Of a DNA stretch of 10,452 bases, positions 1 through 7,568 are shown piece by piece (the first letter of the stretch is position 1; every line of letters starts with the position of its first letter). The translations under genes and the position numbers were made by a program. This stretch comes from a virus. The notes under the pieces were generated by a model. That model saw only the letters and a list, made by a program, of their open reading frames with translations. It ran no database searches and was not told the DNA's origin. The DNA lies in UHGV virus genome UHGV-0316020. One strand, written 5' to 3'.

Positions 1-220
1 CCTGTACATAGATTTGTGTAATTGCCTGATTTTGATATGTTCAATCCAGCATCAAATGAAGGTTAATTTATGGACGAAAAACAGTTACAGACTCTGGCTA
101 ACGAACTGGCCAAAAACCTCAAAACCCCTGAAGACCTCAGTCAGTTTGATCGAATTAACCTTCATTTGATGCTGGATTGAACATATCAAAATCAGGCAAT
201 TACACAAATCTATGTACAGG
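1..220. mobile_element. MITE-like element: 68-bp perfect terminal inverted repeats (1-68 and 153-220) around an 84-bp core carrying the start of an IS256-family-like transposase gene
   Basis: Reverse complement of 153-220 equals 1-68 exactly; first mismatch at positions 69/152. The core has an ATG at 70 encoding MDEKQLQTLANELAKNLKTPEDLSQFD, which I recognise as an IS256/Mutator-type transposase N-terminus. The left arm starts at window position 1, so the repeat may extend beyond the window. Confidence 0.5.
70..180 (+). pseudogene. truncated transposase N-terminal fragment (36 codons) that reads into the right inverted repeat
   Basis: ORF MDEKQLQTLANELAKNLKTPEDLSQFDRINLHLMLD; only the first ~28 residues look transposase-like, the rest is encoded by the repeat arm. 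Too short to be a functional transposase. Confidence 0.4.
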
Positions 221-287
221 CTCAGCTACTGGATATTGACGCTTATCAACTGTAATTTTCAGGGGCTATGAAGCCCCTTTTTATGTC

Positions 288-1058
288 TCAATAAGTGCCC
301 TTCTTATTCGGATTCACAGAGTACTTTCGTAAAGCATTACCCGACTTAAGCACTTTTGAAGCCTGCTCATTAGCTGAGGCTGTGAAGGTGCTCTCACCAT
401 TTTTAACGCTAACGCTCTTAGAGCACGTTACACGGGCTTTTAATGCTTCATCTGATAACTCACTTGCCGAATAGCTAAAAAGCTCTTTACAGGTCAGCAT
501 AGGTCTTCCAAGACTCGTTGTAGTGTTGCCAGTGTTCTTTTTACTGGTAGCACCACCGTCATTCGTGGTAGCAGTTTTGCCAGTAGCTGCTGAAACATCA
601 GTTTGCCCTACGATTGAACGAAATTCTACACCTTGGAAGGTCATCTGAATACGAAGACCATTAGCAATGGTATGCTCTTTACTCGCTTTAAACTGAGTAA
701 TGATACTATCAGTGATAGATATTCCATCTTTACAAACAATAGTGATGATTTGCTTCTGGTCTCGCCATTGTTCAACCGTAGAAATAAAGGTTTCTACAAG
801 TTGCCCCTGTCTGGTTAATAGAACTGAACCCGTCGAATCAACCACTACAACACCGCTGATAGAGATGGTCTTAGGTGCTCTCTGAACATTATCAGTTATA
901 GTTTGCCCCGATTGCATAGCCTGAGTTGTCACCATCATCGGTGAGTCATAGTCCATCTGTTCAGTAGCTGTTAAGGCAAGAAAAGATTCTACATTATCTC
1001 TAAGGTGAAAATAGATACCATCTTTACCTGAGTATCTAATTTGCTTTGTGTCAAACAT
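288..1058 (-). CDS. phage tail protein encoded immediately downstream of the tape measure gene (possibly distal-tail/Dit-like); function not recognised from sequence
   Basis: 256-aa ORF; RBS AGGA 9 nt upstream of the ATG; same strand and directly downstream of the tape measure gene; beta-rich N-terminal half, Thr/Ser/Gly-rich linker, small C-terminal domain. Product assignment is by synteny only. Confidence 0.4.
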   Translation of the reverse strand: MFDTKQIRYSGKDGIYFHLRDNVESFLALTATEQMDYDSPMMVTTQAMQSGQTITDNVQRAPKTISISGVVVVDSTGSVLLTRQGQLVETFISTVEQWRDQKQIITIVCKDGISITDSIITQFKASKEHTIANGLRIQMTFQGVEFRSIVGQTDVSAATGKTATTNDGGATSKKNTGNTTTSLGRPMLTCKELFSYSASELSDEALKARVTCSKSVSVKNGESTFTASANEQASKVLKSGNALRKYSVNPNKKGTY

Positions 1059-1189
1059 TGTTGTTATTCCTATTCTGTTAAGCGTGAGCTACGTGAAATC
1101 TAATTTTTGATGTTGGTATCTGTTCAGAAGAAATCACGTAGCATTCGACTATTCATAGTTGAATCGTCATACTAGATAAAGATTAATAG

Positions 1190-1207
1190 ATTGCCATGTG
1201 TGGCAAT
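1190..1207 (-). terminator. weak hairpin (ATTGCCA-tgtg-TGGCAAT) 25 nt downstream of the tape measure stop; possible partial terminator or RNA processing site
   Basis: 7-bp perfect inverted repeat with 4-nt loop; on the minus strand it is followed by a moderately U-rich stretch, not a clean U-tract. Confidence 0.25.
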
Positions 1208-1231
1208 AAATATTAGTAGTTCTAACATTGT

Positions 1232-3298
1232 TTATTCCTCTGGGTAAGCTGAGCTAATCAAGGTATCTTCCTGCATACGATTAATATGAGATGTGGTTCT
1301 TTCATCAATAACCTTTCCATCAAGTACCGTCTGAGTTGTGATATTGATTGTCTGAGGCTGAATGTTTACTGACGGCTTGATAACCTTTAAATCTTGTGTG
1401 AATGTTTCCACTCGACCTTTCAGATTATTTAATGCTTCAGGTGAAAACTGTGGAACATCCTTTGATTTGCCCTGAACCATAGCCCATAAAACAGCAGCTA
1501 AAGAGTTCATGTCACCAGTCAATGCTTGGTCTGTGGGTTCCACCTTTGACCTTACAACTTTGTCAATTGGATTATCTGACTTACTCATCTGACGTTCATA
1601 GAACGGTTTAACAATGGAGTTAATCACATCAGTTGCCATACCGACAATCATTACTTTGGTAATTGCATCAGCTACAGATAATTTTCCTTTACCACCTTCA
1701 ACACTACCGGAACGTGAATTAATTCTTCCTGCTGCTGTATTTGCTACATTTCCAAGCGTGGAAATAGCCCTAATTAAGCTCCAGATGCCACCTACAGCAC
1801 CAATACCAGACCTTACAGCAACAATACCAGCAAGTCCCTTTAATGCACTTAACAGGCCATTTGCGATACCATCAGCTACAGCTTTTTGAGTGTCATTTAA
1901 TTCTCTGTAAGCAAGGGTCACTCTGTCAAAGAATCCCTGCACTCGGTAGCTAATCGTGGTTAAATCATCAATACCGTTTGACATACTTTTCATCAAGTTG
2001 CCAAAATGTTCACCAAGATTTTTAGATTGCCCACCTAGCGAATTAAGTAAATTAGTCAGTGACCTTGTAAAGTCTGTTAACCCTTCCTGTGAACCATCGA
2101 ACATTAAGGCCAGATTATTATTCCATGAATTACTTAAGCGGCCTAACTGCGTCTGAGTAGAGTTAATAATCTTTTCCCATCCACCCGCTTTATCAATCAT
2201 CAAGCCCATCTGTTTAGCGACTTTAGGGAGAACATCTTTAGAAAGAACCTTACCGTCTTTCATGGCCTTGTCTAATTCTTCCGTAGTCATCCCAAGGCTT
2301 CTGGCAAATAACTGGAAAGCACCTGCCATTCTGTCACCTAGCTGACCGCGTAACTCTTCAGCTTGAATCTTTCCTTTAGAAGCCATCTGCTCGAAAGCTT
2401 TTAGAATCCCGTTAATCTCATCAGTGCTTAAACCCATTAGTCGGGATGTACCAATCACATTAGAAAATAAGGATTCTTTCTGGTCTGCATTCATATCACC
2501 AGCACCAGCGGAAAACTTAGCAAAGCTGCTTAATGTCTCAATCTGGTCTACACCAGTATTATTAGCAAGATTCTTAACAAATTCTGTAGCTCGTTTAGCA
2601 CCTTCATCACCTAAAACGAATTGTGCCGCTCGTTGTGATGCTTCTTTTTTCAGACCAACCTCCATAATCCGCCTGTAAGCTTCTAAGGCTGTCTGAAAAC
2701 TATAAATGGCTGTACCTGCTTTGATTGCACTTGTAGCTAATACATCCAGACCATTCGAAGCATTTTCACTGTGATTATTTTTGCTGGTGGTCTTGTTAAA
2801 CTTAGAAAGTGTTTCACGTAGATTTTGATTTAACTTTGCTAACTCACGATTAAAAGCTTCGTTCCCAAGTGTCTTGGATTTACTGCTTAAGCTGTAATAC
2901 TGGCTTCTAAAATACTTCTCAAGCAGAGGATTAAAGTCACGAAGTTTGCTCATATTCACGCTATGCGCTGCTGTGATTGCTCTGTTGCCGCTAATTCGTG
3001 GTTGCCTTGCTGCTTTAACAGTTTCTTCAACCTGAGTTTTGAACTTAAAGACCTTCGTAGATTTGGCTCTTTCCTCCAGCTTATTAAAAGTCTGGTTAAT
3101 CTTCTTTTCCATATTCCCCAAAGAGGCTGTTAAATCCTTATCCATGCTCTTTGGGTTAACTTTAAATGCTTTATTTAAATTACGCTCAATCTTTGTAGCT
3201 GACTGCAAAGCTGCCTTTTCAACTCTTTGCAGTCCCTTAATAACGTTCTCATTGAAGCCTAGCTCAACGATAAAACTATCAACTGTGAATTTGCTCAT
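1232..3298 (-). CDS. phage tail tape measure protein (TP901-family-type core)
   Basis: 688-aa ORF with helical repeat-rich N-terminus, a conserved tape-measure core (..EELRGQLGDRMAGAFQLFARSLGMTTEELDKAMKDGKVLSKDVLPKVAKQMG..) and a Gly-rich hydrophobic segment (GIANGLLSALKGLAGIVAVRSGIGAVGGIW); RBS GAGGTGA upstream of the ATG. Confidence 0.85.
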   Translation of the reverse strand: MSKFTVDSFIVELGFNENVIKGLQRVEKAALQSATKIERNLNKAFKVNPKSMDKDLTASLGNMEKKINQTFNKLEERAKSTKVFKFKTQVEETVKAARQPRISGNRAITAAHSVNMSKLRDFNPLLEKYFRSQYYSLSSKSKTLGNEAFNRELAKLNQNLRETLSKFNKTTSKNNHSENASNGLDVLATSAIKAGTAIYSFQTALEAYRRIMEVGLKKEASQRAAQFVLGDEGAKRATEFVKNLANNTGVDQIETLSSFAKFSAGAGDMNADQKESLFSNVIGTSRLMGLSTDEINGILKAFEQMASKGKIQAEELRGQLGDRMAGAFQLFARSLGMTTEELDKAMKDGKVLSKDVLPKVAKQMGLMIDKAGGWEKIINSTQTQLGRLSNSWNNNLALMFDGSQEGLTDFTRSLTNLLNSLGGQSKNLGEHFGNLMKSMSNGIDDLTTISYRVQGFFDRVTLAYRELNDTQKAVADGIANGLLSALKGLAGIVAVRSGIGAVGGIWSLIRAISTLGNVANTAAGRINSRSGSVEGGKGKLSVADAITKVMIVGMATDVINSIVKPFYERQMSKSDNPIDKVVRSKVEPTDQALTGDMNSLAAVLWAMVQGKSKDVPQFSPEALNNLKGRVETFTQDLKVIKPSVNIQPQTINITTQTVLDGKVIDERTTSHINRMQEDTLISSAYPEE

Positions 3299-3347
3299 TC
3301 ATGTTTTTCACCTCATAGACTTCGGATAGAAGACTATCCTCATATAC

Positions 3348-3388
3348 AAAAAAGGGAGAGCTACCGATGTCACTCGATAATCTCTCCC
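3348..3388 (-). terminator. intrinsic terminator-like hairpin between the 70-aa ORF and the tape measure gene
   Basis: GGGAGAG (3354-3360) pairs with CTCTCCC (3382-3388), 21-nt loop with an internal CGA/TCG pairing; on the minus strand the stem is followed directly by UUUUUUGU (complement of 3346-3353). Confidence 0.45.
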
Positions 3389-3414
3389 GTTGATTTTTAC
3401 CCAACCAATTCTTT

Positions 3415-3627
3415 TTAATGTCTGACAAGATAATGTAATTCCGTTTCACCTATGATTTGGGCATCAGAAGGGATACGGTCGATACACCACTTTGGAATCT
3501 TGCGTGTTTTTGGTTTGTGTGAGGTGATGTAATGACGGTTATTCTTAATTCGTAGCTTTTGTCTATTTGGTTGTAGCTGGAGTCTTTCGCAAACAGACCG
3601 AATAGTCTCTAAACGTTCTTCAAACAT
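3415..3627 (-). CDS. hypothetical small basic protein (70 aa)
   Basis: ORF with RBS GAGGTGA 6 nt upstream of the ATG; starts 23 bp after the stop of the 234-aa ORF; Lys/Arg-rich; no motif recognised. Confidence 0.6.
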   Translation of the reverse strand: MFEERLETIRSVCERLQLQPNRQKLRIKNNRHYITSHKPKTRKIPKWCIDRIPSDAQIIGETELHYLVRH

Positions 3628-3650
3628 TAATCACCTCACATATTGCATAA

Positions 3651-4355
3651 TCAAACAGCCTTGCTAAATTCTCGTGGAACACTCAGAAAATCATTGAAGC
3701 TGATAATCTGTGCCAACTCTTGACGGTACTCCTTAGCCAGCGCTTGATGGTCACTAATCAGCTTAGCCAGTCTTGATTTCAGCAAATTAATCTCATTTTC
3801 TCTTGCTTTCATCAGTTTCTCTTTGGCAATTTCTTCAAGCTCAGCTTGTGATTTATCAGCAACAATTAGAGACAATCGATGTGGTGCTCTGACAGCTCTT
3901 TCTGTACGAATAACTCTTTGACCTTCTGGTAAATCTGCAATCACTTTACCAATCTCTACAGGGTCATACCCCCAACCGTCACGGTCTAGTCGAGAGAAAT
4001 AAGCATAAGAATTGGTTTGAAGCTCCATTAAAATAGCCATTTCGTCAATTTCGTCTTCAAGCTTGGACTGAATTTTCTCGTAAACACTTCTCATTGCTTC
4101 TTGAGAGTCTTTAATAGCTTGGAAATATCGGCGTTGTAGCTTCAACTTCAAATCAAGTTCACACCGTTCGTTCATAGAAAAATCAATTTCAACTCTTGGA
4201 ATCTCTAGTGGTTCTGGTGGAATATATGGACCTTTATTTACTTCGTGTGATTCCCGCCAAGCTCTATCAAAAGATTCACGCAAACTTAATTCGTGAATAT
4301 CAAGTGCACTTGGTCTGTTCTCAACAATCATTTCGTGTTCATTACGAATAGACAT
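3651..4355 (-). CDS. hypothetical protein (234 aa) with coiled-coil-like C-terminal half
   Basis: ORF with strong RBS AAGAGGTGA 7 nt upstream of the ATG; charged heptad-like C-terminus (..EINLLKSRLAKLISDHQALAKEYRQELAQI..); no family recognised. Confidence 0.7.
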   Translation of the reverse strand: MSIRNEHEMIVENRPSALDIHELSLRESFDRAWRESHEVNKGPYIPPEPLEIPRVEIDFSMNERCELDLKLKLQRRYFQAIKDSQEAMRSVYEKIQSKLEDEIDEMAILMELQTNSYAYFSRLDRDGWGYDPVEIGKVIADLPEGQRVIRTERAVRAPHRLSLIVADKSQAELEEIAKEKLMKARENEINLLKSRLAKLISDHQALAKEYRQELAQIISFNDFLSVPREFSKAV

Positions 4356-4463
4356 TATTTTTTCACCTCTTGGTTTTTGTTTGTTTGTTTTTCAATTTAT
4401 AGAAGCACACTCAGCAATCAGAGGTGAAGAGTCTGACTGAACAAGAACCTGCCAAGTGTGCCT

Positions 4464-4536
4464 TTAAAAACTGAAAAAGCCCTAAACATAGGTGATTCGG
4501 ATATTCATGGAATCATCCTTATCTGTGAAGGGCTTT
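4464..4536 (-). terminator. compound stem-loop with trailing U-tract in the 3' region of the small-protein operon (non-canonical terminator candidate)
   Basis: Outer stem AAAGCCCT (4476-4483) / AGGGCTTT (4529-4536) with inner stem TGATTC/GAATCA; on the minus strand followed by UUCAGUUUUUAAAGG. The loop is long, so the terminator call is tentative. Confidence 0.3.
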
Positions 4537-4596
4537 GGAGGTTTGCTTTATAACGTTAACGAAGTTTCAGGAAAAACTTTCTTTAAAAGCTCTGTT

Positions 4597-4635
4597 TAAA
4601 AACTCTTAAAGAAAGCCCTAACTCATGATTAGGGC
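4597..4635 (-). terminator. intrinsic terminator-like hairpin for the minus-strand small-protein operon
   Basis: Stem GCCCTAA (4615-4621) / TTAGGGC (4629-4635), 7-nt loop; on the minus strand followed by UUUCUUUAAGAGUUUUU. Confidence 0.45.
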
Positions 4636-4864
4636 AAAGCTGTAAAGGATTCAATAACGAATGAACAAAGACTTTTTGAGATGACCTCTCAAGTTATATA
4701 AGAGGTCATGTAGCGAAAAGCATTGCACCTTTCCAACTCAGAATATAGTTATCATCGATGTAGAATGATTAATATTTTAATTCAAGGAGAATTGCTCTCC
4801 CTATATATAAAATTATGTCATGCTCAAGGTTATTTGTCAACAGCTTTTAACAGATTGGTAACAT

Positions 4865-4930
4865 TTATACTTTAATAGATGCACCTGCAATCATACCAAT
4901 CAATACAAAACAGATAATCACCAATTCCAT
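4865..4930 (-). CDS. candidate 21-aa hydrophobic peptide (MELVIICFVLIGMIAGASIKV), translationally coupled to the 107-aa ORF
   Basis: Its ATG overlaps the TAA stop of the upstream ORF (TAATG at 4928-4932); GAGG lies about 10 nt upstream; the peptide is essentially a single transmembrane-like helix. Not in the supplied ORF track because it is too short. Confidence 0.35.
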   Translation of the reverse strand: MELVIICFVLIGMIAGASIKV

Positions 4931-5253
4931 TAATGCACCACCCTCGAATCCGTCACCAAAATATTGTCAGCGTACAAAATTGCTATAGCCGCCTTGAGAT
5001 ATTTTTCAGGGCTAACGCTGTATCGGTTAGTTTCCTCAATAATAAGGCGCTTCATGTTTGAGTCGGTAACGGGAAACATAAAACGTGGGTCACCAGTTTC
5101 AATTTCCTGAATAAAATCTTCAATTGTTTCTGAGTTATCAGCCATTAGCTTTAGTAATTTATCAAAGTCAATTGATACACCGGAATCACTGAAAGCCTGA
5201 ATCATCAGAGCGGTGTCGCTATCAACGAAAATCTGTAGCGGGAAATTATTCAT
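4930..5253 (-). CDS. hypothetical acidic protein (107 aa)
   Basis: ORF with RBS AGAGGA 7 nt upstream of the ATG; acidic composition; no motif recognised. Confidence 0.65.
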   Translation of the reverse strand: MNNFPLQIFVDSDTALMIQAFSDSGVSIDFDKLLKLMADNSETIEDFIQEIETGDPRFMFPVTDSNMKRLIIEETNRYSVSPEKYLKAAIAILYADNILVTDSRVVH

Positions 5254-5391
5254 TTTTAAAATCCTCTAAAAACACATCTTAAATCTGCCAAAATAGCCAT
5301 TCTGAGGCCAGTAACCATGCGGGTTACAGAGGGAGTGAGACACCTTAGTAATAGGGTAGCTCATCTTTGAGTCTCACTCATTCTCACAGAC

Positions 5392-5778
5392 TTACACAGA
5401 CGCTTTAATCTTGTAGTATTGACTACGTGATAAACCGTATTTCTCAGAAATATAACTTTGTGATTGTCCTTTGGTGATTGCATCAATGATTAAATCTTTA
5501 TCGTATCTGTTGCCATTGGCTTTGTGCTTGTCACCATTTTTAATAGAGTTGAAACTCTCAATTAATTTAATGGCGTCTTTAAGGTCGTCTTCGTAAGCAT
5601 AATCAAAACCCCTGATAAACTCGAAATCACCATTATCTTTTTGTGCTTCAGTCCAGATATCAAATCTTGAGGCTAATTGCTGGTGGGTAAACTTGGGTTT
5701 ATTGGTTTGTGTTACGTCTTTCCAGACTTTACCGTCAAATCTTACCAAATGGTCACGATGTTTATAAAAGTCATACAT
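5392..5778 (-). CDS. hypothetical protein with C-terminal helix-turn-helix (possible transcriptional regulator)
   Basis: 128-aa ORF; its ATG overlaps the stop of the upstream 93-aa ORF (TAATG at 5776-5780); C-terminus SQSYISEKYGLSRSQYYKIK has the helix-turn-recognition-helix pattern. Confidence 0.65.
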   Translation of the reverse strand: MYDFYKHRDHLVRFDGKVWKDVTQTNKPKFTHQQLASRFDIWTEAQKDNGDFEFIRGFDYAYEDDLKDAIKLIESFNSIKNGDKHKANGNRYDKDLIIDAITKGQSQSYISEKYGLSRSQYYKIKASV

Positions 5779-6059
5779 TAAACCTCCATCGCTAATTTGT
5801 GAATTTTGATGCTTAGCAACCTTGCTAAATCCAGTCCAAAAGCATTTAAAGATTTCAGACTATCAAGGTCATCTTGCTTAATCCTGATATGGTGTCTTGC
5901 AGCCTCTAAGCGACTATTAAGCAAATCTTGTTCGTTAATATCACGGTTAATTGCAAGCTTCATCACTGCTGAGTGTGGCAGACCTGTAATGTTTTTGATT
6001 CGGTTAAGTTCTTCAAAGGCTGTCTTTGTAACTCTGGTTAGCGTGTGTTTATTTCCCAT
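5778..6059 (-). CDS. hypothetical protein (93 aa; start revised to the internal ATG)
   Basis: The track ORF 5778..6161 overlaps the upstream gene by 100 nt and has no RBS; the ATG at 6057-6059 (MGNKHTLTRV..) is preceded by AGAGGAA and sits 2 nt after the stop of the 184-aa ORF. Confidence 0.6.
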   Translation of the reverse strand: MGNKHTLTRVTKTAFEELNRIKNITGLPHSAVMKLAINRDINEQDLLNSRLEAARHHIRIKQDDLDSLKSLNAFGLDLARLLSIKIHKLAMEV

Positions 6060-6060
6060 T

Positions 6061-6615
6061 TTAAAATTCCTCTGCTTGTGCGTATACGTCAAATTCAAAG
6101 TCTGGTTCACTGGTTGTAAGGCTGATATTTCCAACTTCCGCATGATGATTAATTGTCTCAATAACTTTCATACAAATAGTGGCTAAGTTAGCGCAATATT
6201 TATCACTTGGTAATTCGTAGCTAAGTCTGGTTGCTTGTCTTTGAAGATGGCTCGTCACTGTGCTTGAACTAATCTCATCAAGACTTCGCAGTAAATAAAA
6301 AACCTTCCGGTGATAATTATCTCTTCCAAGACTGCGACAAGTACCGATAATTACATCTTCAATTTTTGATGGTAGTTGCTCGTAAGAATCAAAGCTCATC
6401 AAGAAAGTTTTTAAAGTATTCTCTTTTTCTTTGCGTACTGGCATAAATCTGTCTCGTGGCGTAATGCTACGAATGACCGCTTCAATGTTTTTACGTTCGG
6501 TTTTGGAAAAGGCTGGTACTTCGTAGCTGGTGGGGGTGTCTGTGTAAGCGTAGGAGTTGTGCTTGTTGCGTTCTCTTGATGCCTGAAGCATCGCTCTAAA
6601 TTCTGAATCCTGCAT
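6061..6615 (-). CDS. hypothetical protein (184 aa), first gene of the minus-strand small-protein operon
   Basis: ORF directly downstream of a TTGACA-17-TAGTAT promoter; GAGGG upstream of the ATG; no motif recognised. Confidence 0.7.
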   Translation of the reverse strand: MQDSEFRAMLQASRERNKHNSYAYTDTPTSYEVPAFSKTERKNIEAVIRSITPRDRFMPVRKEKENTLKTFLMSFDSYEQLPSKIEDVIIGTCRSLGRDNYHRKVFYLLRSLDEISSSTVTSHLQRQATRLSYELPSDKYCANLATICMKVIETINHHAEVGNISLTTSEPDFEFDVYAQAEEF

Positions 6616-6666
6616 TCATATTCTGACCCTCATGAGATGTTATTATTCTGTTAACTTATATATACA

Positions 6667-6695
6667 ATACTAGCATTTTCAAAGACTAATGTCAA
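6667..6695 (-). promoter_or_regulatory. sigma70-like promoter for the 184/93/128/107-aa operon
   Basis: On the minus strand: TTGACA (complement of 6690-6695), 17-nt spacer, TAGTAT (complement of 6667-6672), about 50 nt upstream of the ATG at 6615. Confidence 0.5.
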
Positions 6696-6702
6696 GCATT
6701 TT

Positions 6703-6732
6703 TTAACATTTCATTAACATCTGTGGTATAAT
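6703..6732 (+). promoter_or_regulatory. divergent sigma70-like promoter with extended -10
   Basis: TTAACA (6703-6708), 18-nt spacer, TGgTATAAT (6724-6732); its -35 lies 8 bp from the -35 of the minus-strand promoter, giving a back-to-back arrangement. Confidence 0.45.
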
Positions 6733-6912
6733 GGTTCTATGAGAGAGGGAAAAATAGAAAAGGCGTGGCTATGTATTTGGTCGCATGTTTTGCATTGCAC
6801 ACAGACCTCTTCAATCGCTCTGTAACGAGTTAAATGGCCTCTTCAGGTCAACTATAAGGTCAGGTACTTTTTGTATCAGAATGCGATTGAGAGCGTCTTA
6901 CAAGGAAAACTA

Positions 6913-7089
6913 ATGGTAAATCTCCCTCCTGAGCTGGGGTCACCTGATGTATGGGCTGGTGGAGGCGTTGGGCTGATTGCAGGTCTGCTACTCCGCTACG
7001 TCCTCGTCAGAGTGCTTGTTGTCTTTAAACTGTTCGGTCGTACATGGACGCTTGACCTTAAGGATAATGACCACACAGAACCCCGTTAA
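6913..7089 (+). CDS. small single-pass membrane protein (58 aa)
   Basis: ATG at 6913 preceded by AAGGAAAA at about 6-nt spacing; the track ORF starts further upstream at a TTG with no RBS. Hydrophobic segment WAGGGVGLIAGLLLRYVLVRVLVVF. Looks more GC-rich than its neighbours. Confidence 0.5.
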   Translation: MVNLPPELGSPDVWAGGGVGLIAGLLLRYVLVRVLVVFKLFGRTWTLDLKDNDHTEPR

Positions 7090-7147
7090 CCCCCCTTCAA
7101 AACCCCCTGTACGAGATGACAGATAGAAGTCTATGGTATAGGGGTGC

Positions 7148-7190
7148 CTTTAGCATTTTGTGCTATCTATTAAAAAATAGCTTGACAGAA
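7148..7190. repeat. copy 1 of an imperfect direct repeat (CTTTAGCATTTnGTGCT..TTATTAA..CTTGACA) that flanks the methyltransferase cassette
   Basis: Aligns with 8272-8340 (about 22 of 26 matches in the first block plus a shared CTTGACA block); copy 2 carries an internal ~22-bp duplication. Confidence 0.5.
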
Positions 7191-7211
7191 CCGGAAAGCT
7201 GTACCTATCAA
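7182..7211 (+). promoter_or_regulatory. possible plus-strand promoter that would read antisense into the methyltransferase 3' region
   Basis: TTGACA (7182-7187), 18-nt spacer, TATCAA (7206-7211); no plus-strand ORF downstream. Confidence 0.25.
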
Positions 7212-7495
7212 GTATTCACCTCTCTGACAGTAACTTCTAAAAGTTCTTATTTTTCAATGAGTTGTAATCACCCAATATAAAGGACTGACAAGACTCTTCA
7301 CAGAGAACTTCCTGGACTCACTAAGATACAAGGCGATAACCCCAAAAAGGGAGAGCCACCTTCTTAACTGCCCCCTTAAACAATCTTTACAGACCCCGTT
7401 CACCAGTCTCAATATTTTATTTCTCGCTCTTCGTTTGTTGCTCGTTTCTATTATTGAGGGGGTTTGAAAAACCTCTGTAAAATAACCCTTCCAGT

Positions 7496-7528
7496 AAAAA
7501 GCGAATAACCCCAGAAAGGGGAAATCGC
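7496..7528 (-). terminator. intrinsic terminator of the methyltransferase gene
   Basis: On the minus strand: GCGA-UUU-CCCC-UUUCU-GGGG-UUAU-UCGC followed by UUUUU, about 40 nt after the stop at 7569. Confidence 0.55.
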
Positions 7529-7568
7529 CTCTTTAACATTCTCGTAATCAGTGCTCTATATGAGAATT

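Noticed and set aside
1614-3329. Plus-strand ORFs inside the tape measure gene (1614..1889, 1956..2156, 2424..2678, 3039..3329), and 633..818 / 700..885 inside the tail protein gene
   Set aside because: All lie antisense within long, well-supported minus-strand genes, lack ribosome-binding sites, and have the low-complexity composition typical of antisense frames.
3415-4355. Programmed-frameshift tail assembly chaperone pair upstream of the tape measure gene
   Set aside because: The 234-aa and 70-aa ORFs do not overlap, each has its own RBS, and no slippery heptamer was found at the junction.
6060-6161. N-terminal 34 codons of the track ORF 5778..6161
   Set aside because: They would overlap the upstream 184-aa gene by 100 nt with no RBS; the internal ATG at 6059 with AGAGGAA upstream is a better start.
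5806-6186. 126-aa plus-strand ORF overlapping the minus-strand 93-aa and 184-aa genes
   Set aside because: Antisense to two coupled genes, no RBS, Leu/Ser/Cys-rich composition typical of spurious frames.
6739-6825. Possible leaderless 28-aa ORF (MREGKIEKAWLCIWSHVLHCTQTSSIAL) in the leader of the plus-strand promoter
   Set aside because: No RBS and no recognisable features; the start coincides with the predicted transcription start only approximately. Kept as a possibility but not called.
6871-6912. TTG-initiated N-terminal extension of the small membrane protein ORF
   Set aside because: The ATG at 6913 has a good AAGGA ribosome-binding site whereas the TTG has none; the shorter 58-aa product is preferred.
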